Source: Ferroacidibacillus organovorans
GTDB taxonomy: Bacteria > Bacillota > Bacilli > Alicyclobacillales > SLC66
Length of the DNA: 20,000 bases
NCBI RefSeq assembly: GCF_001642725.1
Contig: NZ_LSUQ01000003.1
Span: 110,486 to 130,485, forward strand
Direction of reading: 5' to 3'
In this document: in pieces, positions 14,972-20,000 of the stretch
Layout: the number at the start of each line of letters is the position of its first letter
How positions within the stretch are numbered: the stretch's first letter is position 1
The notes under the pieces: model-generated
What the model was told of the DNA's origin: nothing
The model's database searches: none
The model's input: the letters and a program-made list of their open reading frames with translations, nothing else
Translations under genes and position numbers: made by a program

Positions 14972-16045
14972 ATGAGCCGTACAAAACTACTCGGTGTTGC
15001 GACAACGGTGAATCCCTTGATGCAGCGAGTGCGACCATCCTTTTTTTTCGAACTGGCTGATCACGCAAAACGTATGGATCATCGCGTTGTTTTGCTCGAT
15101 CCGCGCGCGTATGGTGATGCAAAGAGGGGATTTACAGGACTATTAGATGAGGGAAGCAAAAATGATTCACACTTTGTGCGAAAGAGCGGTCTGCAACTGG
15201 ATGCGATCTATGAAAATGTTTTTGTTCATCTCGTCATGAAGGGGATGGCAAGGCCGCTGCGTCGCGATGCAGAGCATCTCCACATCCCTCTCTTCAACCC
15301 GCTTGTACCAGGAAAATCGGTTATGAATGGGTGGGTGCAGAAACTGTCGGATGGCGTGATTCGCGCGCCGAAAACGATTGCTGTTCACGATGTCGAGCAA
15401 ATCACGACGTTTTTCGAGCGCAATCAGACCGCCTATTTAAAACCGATTGGTGGCTATGGTGGGCGAAACGTGTTCCGCATTCTGAGAACGCCGCGCGGCT
15501 TCACGATGCAGTGTGATCGCTATCTTGAACAGGGAAAGATCAGGAGGGAACTCACTTCTTCTGAATTCAGGGCGTTTACGAGACAGTTGCTCTTGCGGCG
15601 ACCTCACCTCATTCAGGAAGAGATTCCGCTCGTTCACGTGGATCAGGGAAGAATGGATTTTCGCGTTGTGGTGCAGAGGGATGTTAACGGTGCGTGGCGG
15701 CGTATCGGGATCGTACCCAAAGTGGCAAACCGCGGCGGGGTCGTCACCAATTTAGTCGCAGGCGGTCATCGTCTAAGTCTTGGTGAGGCGAAGATCGCGT
15801 ATGAAAAAAACTTTGGCGTGTTTCCAGAGGATAAGTTGGAGCAGGCGGCGTGTACACTCTCGGAGATGGTTGCAGGCAAGCTTCCGACTTTTGGAATCGC
15901 AGGGTACGATCTTGGTCTCGATGCGGATGGACGAGTGTGGTTCATCGAGATGAATCCTAAGCCTGCACGCTCACTTTTAACACGTGAAATGAGGAAGGTG
16001 TCGGCGAGGTATACGGCTGAGTTCGCCGTGTTTCTGGCGCGCTGA
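14972..16045 (+). CDS. YheC/YheD-family ATP-grasp protein (endospore coat-associated)
   Basis: Motifs YLKPIGGYGGRNVFRI, LIQEEIPL, DFRVVVQRD..GAW, VVTNLVAGG and GYDLGLDADGRVWFIEMNPKP. Confidence 0.85.
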   Translation: MSRTKLLGVATTVNPLMQRVRPSFFFELADHAKRMDHRVVLLDPRAYGDAKRGFTGLLDEGSKNDSHFVRKSGLQLDAIYENVFVHLVMKGMARPLRRDAEHLHIPLFNPLVPGKSVMNGWVQKLSDGVIRAPKTIAVHDVEQITTFFERNQTAYLKPIGGYGGRNVFRILRTPRGFTMQCDRYLEQGKIRRELTSSEFRAFTRQLLLRRPHLIQEEIPLVHVDQGRMDFRVVVQRDVNGAWRRIGIVPKVANRGGVVTNLVAGGHRLSLGEAKIAYEKNFGVFPEDKLEQAACTLSEMVAGKLPTFGIAGYDLGLDADGRVWFIEMNPKPARSLLTREMRKVSARYTAEFAVFLAR

Positions 16046-16079
16046 TGGGAAAATGGTGAAGATTGATAAAACGGGAGTT

Positions 16080-16112
16080 CCCCACTTTGGACAGCTTCAA
16101 AGTGGGGTGTTT
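16080..16112 (+). terminator. Probable terminator after the YheC/D-like gene
   Basis: 10-bp stem CCCCACTTTG / CAAAGTGGGG followed by TGTTT. Confidence 0.6.
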
Positions 16113-16149
16113 GCGTTCACTCGATTGTGTTTTGGAGGGTGCGACCTAA

Positions 16150-16178
16150 TTGACAGATCAGGCGCATGTCTATAAGCT
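16150..16178 (+). promoter_or_regulatory. sigmaA promoter of the MFS-ArsR operon
   Basis: TTGACA-N17-TAAGCT. Confidence 0.6.
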
Positions 16179-16185
16179 GTCTATA

Positions 16186-16207
16186 TAAATCCTAATATGC
16201 GGATGTA
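16186..16207. promoter_or_regulatory. Candidate ArsR/SmtB operator at the transcription start
   Basis: Imperfect palindrome TAAATCC-TA-ATAT-GC-GGATGTA (16/22 positions symmetric), immediately downstream of the -10. Confidence 0.5.
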
Positions 16208-16334
16208 GTAATTTGTTCGGAGTACGTCTCGCGTGCTTGATTCGATGTGTGCGGTCCTGGGAATGCGCGCGGTGCCGAGAAACGTGCGACGCGCTGATAA
16301 ACAGATGTCTTAAGAAGAATGGACGAATGCAATC

Positions 16335-17585
16335 GTGGCAAAAGTACTGGGAATCAGGCCGAATCTACAACAATTCTTGTGGCTGGTGTTTAGTACAATC
16401 TTGGTGGGAATGACGGTGGGGCTGGAAAGGACGGTCGTGCCTCTCCTTGGCAAAGACGTTTATCACATTACGTCTGCAACACTCCTCTTTGCGTTTATTA
16501 TCGCATTTGGTGTGACAAAGGCAGCCTTAAATCTGTTCGCTGGGCATTTTTCCGACGCCATCGGTCGTCGCCCTGTGCTTATCGCTGGATGGGTGCTTGG
16601 TATTCCGATGATTTCTTTGCTGCTGTTTGTTCACACGTGGTCTGCTGTTATTCTGGCCAATATTTTTCTTGGCGCGAATCAAGCCTTTGCTTGGACAATG
16701 ACGATCACGCAACAACTGGATCTGGTCGGAGCAAAAGGGCGTGGATTAGCGATGGGAATCAATGAGGCGACAGGGTATCTCGGTGTCGCAGCATCAACGA
16801 TTCTGACAGGCATCCTCGCAACACGTTATGGGCTCATGCAGGCTCCGTTTGTCTATGGGGCTGTGGTGTTATTCTTGGGGCTTGGCACAAGCGTTCTCGC
16901 CATTCGAGAATCGCGTGGGCACGTAATGCAAGATGTGAATGGGCAAGCGCGATCGGCGGCGCCCGTTCGTGTTAAACCGAGTATTTGGCACATCGTGTGG
17001 GTGACAACCATTGCGAACCCTACGCTGTCTGCGATGAGTCAGGCGGGTCTTGTCAACAAGCTGGCGGATACGATGGTGTGGGCGATGCTCCCGTTGTATC
17101 TCGCGCAGCAGCATCTATCCATCATCGAGATTGGATACATTGGCGGGATATACACGATGGTGTGGGGCTTTGCACAATTTGGAACGGGCGTTTGGTCTGA
17201 CGCCGTTGGACGAAAACCACTCATTTTCTCAGGGTTGACGCTCCTTGGCATAGGTATTTTGGCATTCGGGTGGGGGCACGCTTTCTTGTGGTGGATGATC
17301 AGCGCGGCGGCGATGGGATTTGGGATGGCGCTCTTGTATCCGAATTTGAATGCGGCGGTGGCAGATATTGCGCCCCCTGAAATTCGTGGCGGGGTACTCG
17401 GCGTATATCGTCTGTGGCGCGATGGCGGGTATGCTGTCGGTGGGTTGTTACTTGGGGTGACCACTCACACATTCGGGATGTTGCGCAGTCTTTTTATGGT
17501 GGGAGTGATCGTTTTGTTCTCTGCGTTGTTTTTGGCGGTACGCATGAAAGAGACGCACCCGGACTGGCGTAAAAGCGATGCATAA
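16335..17585 (+). CDS. Major facilitator superfamily transporter
   Basis: About 12 TM segments, with MFS motif A in both halves (GHFSDAIGRRPVL; GVWSDAVGRKPL) and GVYRLWRDGGY. The RBS before the GTG is weak. Confidence 0.92.
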   Translation: MAKVLGIRPNLQQFLWLVFSTILVGMTVGLERTVVPLLGKDVYHITSATLLFAFIIAFGVTKAALNLFAGHFSDAIGRRPVLIAGWVLGIPMISLLLFVHTWSAVILANIFLGANQAFAWTMTITQQLDLVGAKGRGLAMGINEATGYLGVAASTILTGILATRYGLMQAPFVYGAVVLFLGLGTSVLAIRESRGHVMQDVNGQARSAAPVRVKPSIWHIVWVTTIANPTLSAMSQAGLVNKLADTMVWAMLPLYLAQQHLSIIEIGYIGGIYTMVWGFAQFGTGVWSDAVGRKPLIFSGLTLLGIGILAFGWGHAFLWWMISAAAMGFGMALLYPNLNAAVADIAPPEIRGGVLGVYRLWRDGGYAVGGLLLGVTTHTFGMLRSLFMVGVIVLFSALFLAVRMKETHPDWRKSDA

Positions 17586-17632
17586 CGTATGTTTATAAGA
17601 AATCATTCCTTTAGTTTGGAGGGGGCAAAAAA

Positions 17633-17980
17633 ATGAGTGATTCACTACAGGCGAGTCATTCGCAAACGGAATTCGACTTTGCGTGGAAAGCGCTGGCGGA
17701 TCCTATTCGTCGCGCTTTGTTGGAGACGTTGAATGACAGACAGCATTTTTGTCACGTCAATGGACAACCGGTAGATGGGATTTGCGTTCAGGATCTCAGT
17801 GCGCTCTTAGCATTGCCGCAGTCCACAGTGTCACGTCATTTGACAATCTTAAGACAAGCAGGACTCGTTGCTCATCAGCAAAAAGGCGTTTGGCACTATT
17901 ATTCATGCCAGACAGACCGGATTCGTTCTTTGCTGTCTTGGCTTGATGCATTTAGCGCTCCGCGTGTCACGATCGAATGA
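17633..17980 (+). CDS. ArsR/SmtB-family transcriptional regulator
   Basis: Motifs KALADPIRRALL, CVQDL, QSTVSRHLTILRQAGLV and GVWHYYS. GGAGG RBS. Confidence 0.92.
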   Translation: MSDSLQASHSQTEFDFAWKALADPIRRALLETLNDRQHFCHVNGQPVDGICVQDLSALLALPQSTVSRHLTILRQAGLVAHQQKGVWHYYSCQTDRIRSLLSWLDAFSAPRVTIE

Positions 17981-17994
17981 GTTGAAATTTTTTG

Positions 17995-18011
17995 TGTAAT
18001 GTATGCTTACA
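17995..18011. promoter_or_regulatory. GlnR/TnrA box 1 (just upstream of -35)
   Basis: TGTAA-TGTATGC-TTACA is an exact match to TGTNA-N7-TNACA. Confidence 0.88.
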
Positions 18012-18013
18012 TA

Positions 18014-18042
18014 TTGACGCGAATTTTTACTCGTGATACACT
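18014..18042 (+). promoter_or_regulatory. sigmaA promoter of amtB
   Basis: TTGACG-N17-TACACT with an extended -10 TG at 18034-18035. Confidence 0.8.
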
Positions 18043-18047
18043 CTCTG

Positions 18048-18064
18048 TGTGAAATAATATAACA
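18048..18064. promoter_or_regulatory. GlnR/TnrA box 2 (over the predicted transcription start)
   Basis: TGTGA-AATAATA-TAACA is an exact match to TGTNA-N7-TNACA. Confidence 0.85.
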
Positions 18065-18085
18065 TAAGAGACGGAGGGGTCACCG

Positions 18086-19399
18086 ATGTTGAATTCCGGG
18101 GATATGGCGTGGATCTTGGCGTCTTCAGCACTTGTTCTTCTGATGACTCCTGGTCTCGCCTTTTTTTACGGTGGACTTGTAAGGAATAAAAATGTAATCA
18201 CTACGTTGTATCAAGTCTTTGCTGTGGTTCTGATCGTTTCCGTTCAATGGGTTCTGTTTGGCTATAGTTTGGCGTTTGGACCCGATATTGGACACGTGAT
18301 TGGGAGCTTGAAATGGGTTCTTTTTAACGGTGTGGGGGGGGCGCCTGATCCGAACTACGCGCCTACCATCCCGAACGAATTGTATGGGATCTTTCAAATG
18401 ATGTTTGCCATCATTACACCCGCATTGATCGTCGGAGGCCTCGCAGAACGTGTTAAGTTTTCTTCCTTCCTCTTATTTATTACGTTGTGGGCGACAGTCA
18501 TCTACGACCCGCTCGCACACTGGGTGTGGGGGATCGGCGGTTGGTTGCATAACATGGGAATTCTTGATTTTGCCGGTGGAACCGTTGTTCATATCAGTTC
18601 GGGGATTTCTGGGCTGGTCTGCGCGATGTATCTCGGACGGCGCGCTGAACACGGATCGCCAACGATCAAGGCGCACAATGTTCCTCTTGTTCTTCTTGGG
18701 ACCTCACTGCTTTGGTTCGGGTGGTTTGGATTCAACGCGGGCAGTGCGGTAGCCGCGAATGAACTCTCCGTAAATGCGTTTCTCGTTACCAACACCGCAA
18801 CGGCCGCATCGGCGCTTGCGTGGATGGCGGTGGAACGCTGGCGTACTGGGCATGCAACGTTGGTTGGCGCTTGTGCGGGTGCCGTTGCGGGATTGGTCGC
18901 GATTACGCCTGCGTGCGGTTTTGTCAACATTGGTGGCTCGCTTATCATAGGTGCCGTCGGTGGTGTCATCTGCTTCTTTTCATCGACGGTCATCAAGGGA
19001 ATCTTCGGTTATGACGATGCGCTTGATGCGTTTGGCGGTCACGGGATCGGCGGAACGTGGGGAGCGATTGCGACAGGTCTCTTTGCGACCGTTTCGGTCA
19101 ATTCGAGTGGCGCAAATGGCTTGTTCTATGGAAACCCCCATCAAGTGGTCGTGCAATTGATCGGCGTTGCGGCAACGTGGATCTTCTCAGGTGTCGGGAC
19201 GTTTATTTTGTTGAAGCTGGTTGACGTGATTATGGGACTGCGCGTAACACCGGAAGAGGAGCGCATCGGTCTTGACATTGTCTTGCACAATGAGAATGCT
19301 TACCCTGAAAACTTGACATGGGATGTCGCTTCAAGCGTCCTTTCCAGTCTCAAACAACCTGGTGTCGCCATTTCTGACCAACAGGCTCTTCATGAATAG
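18086..19399 (+). CDS. amtB: Ammonium transporter AmtB/NrgA
   Basis: Motifs LMTPGLAFFYGG, FQMMFAIIT, DFAGGTVVHISSG (His1), LLWFGWFGFNAGS and DDALDAFGGHG (His2). GGAGG RBS. Confidence 0.97.
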   Translation: MLNSGDMAWILASSALVLLMTPGLAFFYGGLVRNKNVITTLYQVFAVVLIVSVQWVLFGYSLAFGPDIGHVIGSLKWVLFNGVGGAPDPNYAPTIPNELYGIFQMMFAIITPALIVGGLAERVKFSSFLLFITLWATVIYDPLAHWVWGIGGWLHNMGILDFAGGTVVHISSGISGLVCAMYLGRRAEHGSPTIKAHNVPLVLLGTSLLWFGWFGFNAGSAVAANELSVNAFLVTNTATAASALAWMAVERWRTGHATLVGACAGAVAGLVAITPACGFVNIGGSLIIGAVGGVICFFSSTVIKGIFGYDDALDAFGGHGIGGTWGAIATGLFATVSVNSSGANGLFYGNPHQVVVQLIGVAATWIFSGVGTFILLKLVDVIMGLRVTPEEERIGLDIVLHNENAYPENLTWDVASSVLSSLKQPGVAISDQQALHE

Positions 19400-19412
19400 T
19401 TTGGGACATTTG

Positions 19413-19448
19413 AAGACATCCGGCAGCGCTGCCGCCGGATGTCTTTTT
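19413..19448 (+). terminator. Rho-independent terminator of amtB (target stem-loop of the intron)
   Basis: AAGACATCCGGC-N9-GCCGGATGTCTT followed by TTT. Confidence 0.88.
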
Positions 19449-19450
19449 GT

Positions 19451-20000
19451 GTGCGCCCGGCATGGGCGTTGTCTATACGGTGAAAGTCCGGAATGGTGAG
19501 GGTAGCAGTAGCCATTAGCTTAGGCCAAGGGTGTCCATCGTGAGGTGGAATCTGAAGGAAGGCGGCGGCAAATCTCCGGCCCGAGGGTCACGAACTTCAA
19601 TTGAGGCTAGCAACAGCTGGGTGAGTCTGCACAACAAGACAAAGCCCATGCTACCAAAGGCTGTTGAGAGTAAATGGAGCGGGTAGATGGAGAGAAAGAC
19701 AACGTTCTTACCCGGGGAGGTCTGCCGGTACGCCAGCAAGACTGGTAACCATCGTCGCAAGGCGGTGCTGAACGGCAGAAGTCAGCAGAGGTCATAGTAC
19801 ACAAATGGGTACACATTTGTGGAAGGACTGAACATGAAGTGAGGGTTGTTCATGGCGAGTTCGAGAGAGGAACACAGACAGCCGAAAATCCCAACAGGGA
19901 GCTCTCTTCAGGAGGAAGTGGTGAATCCACGGGGGACTGAAGAAGCGCCGAGTTTCTCACCGGCACGACCCAACGAACCAATCCGCGAAGTAGGTCATAT
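19451..20000 (+). mobile_element. Group IIC intron, 5' part (ribozyme domains I-III and start of domain IV); truncated by the window edge
   Basis: The 5' end GTGCGCCCGGCATGGG...GGTGAAAGTCC...GCCAAGGGTGTCC...GAATCTGAAGGAAG resembles class IIC introns such as O. iheyensis O.i.I1. It also contains AGAAGTCAGCAGAGGTCATAGTAC and GAAGGACTGAAC, and sits directly after a terminator. Confidence 0.93.
19852..20000 (+). CDS. ltrA: Intron-encoded reverse transcriptase/maturase, N-terminal fragment
   Basis: ATG after GAGGG, open to the window end (MASSREEHRQPKIPTGSSLQEEVVNPRGTEEAPSFSPARPNEPIREVGH). Position and sequence resemble the N-terminal extension of Bacillales IIC intron RTs. The RT motifs lie beyond the window. 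Confidence 0.75.
   Translation, partial: MASSREEHRQPKIPTGSSLQEEVVNPRGTEEAPSFSPARPNEPIREVGH

Noticed and set aside
16080..16107. ACTTTGGACAGC resembling an IS1182-type/MITE end
   Set aside because: The match is too short, with no partner inverted repeat or transposase remnant, and the terminator hairpin explains it.
19515..19816. Minus-strand ORFs of 81 and 69 aa
   Set aside because: They are antisense to the group II intron ribozyme and are a common mis-annotation artefact.
1..20000. CRISPR arrays, tRNA/rRNA genes, tandem repeat arrays, prophage or defence genes
   Set aside because: No regularly spaced repeats or recognisable signatures were seen by eye.

Overview
Chromosomal window from an endospore-forming Firmicute. 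The low-acidic-residue secreted protein and gene content suggest an acidophilic Bacillales/Alicyclobacillaceae-type organism (inference). From left to right it contains: the 3' part of a LysR regulator; a convergent hypothetical protein with a sigmaK-like promoter; a maltodextrin/starch locus (GH15 glucoamylase convergent on a minus-strand operon of MalE/F/G-like ABC components, a GH13 neopullulanase-type enzyme and a LacI/MalR repressor) with three candidate LacI-type operators; an RsmF-family RNA methyltransferase; and a plus-strand run of two GerP-like small genes, a GT-C + GT2 + DUF2304 glycosylation trio, queF and a YheC/D ATP-grasp protein. These are followed by an MFS transporter plus ArsR regulator, amtB with two GlnR/TnrA boxes flanking its promoter, and the 5' half of a group IIC intron inserted just after the amtB terminator. 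Most of the content is recognisable. The most interesting leads are the possibly sporulation-linked glycosylation cluster, the reduced gerP pair, a MalE without a lipobox, and the dual nitrogen-regulator boxes. All calls come from motif recognition by eye; no database searches were run.
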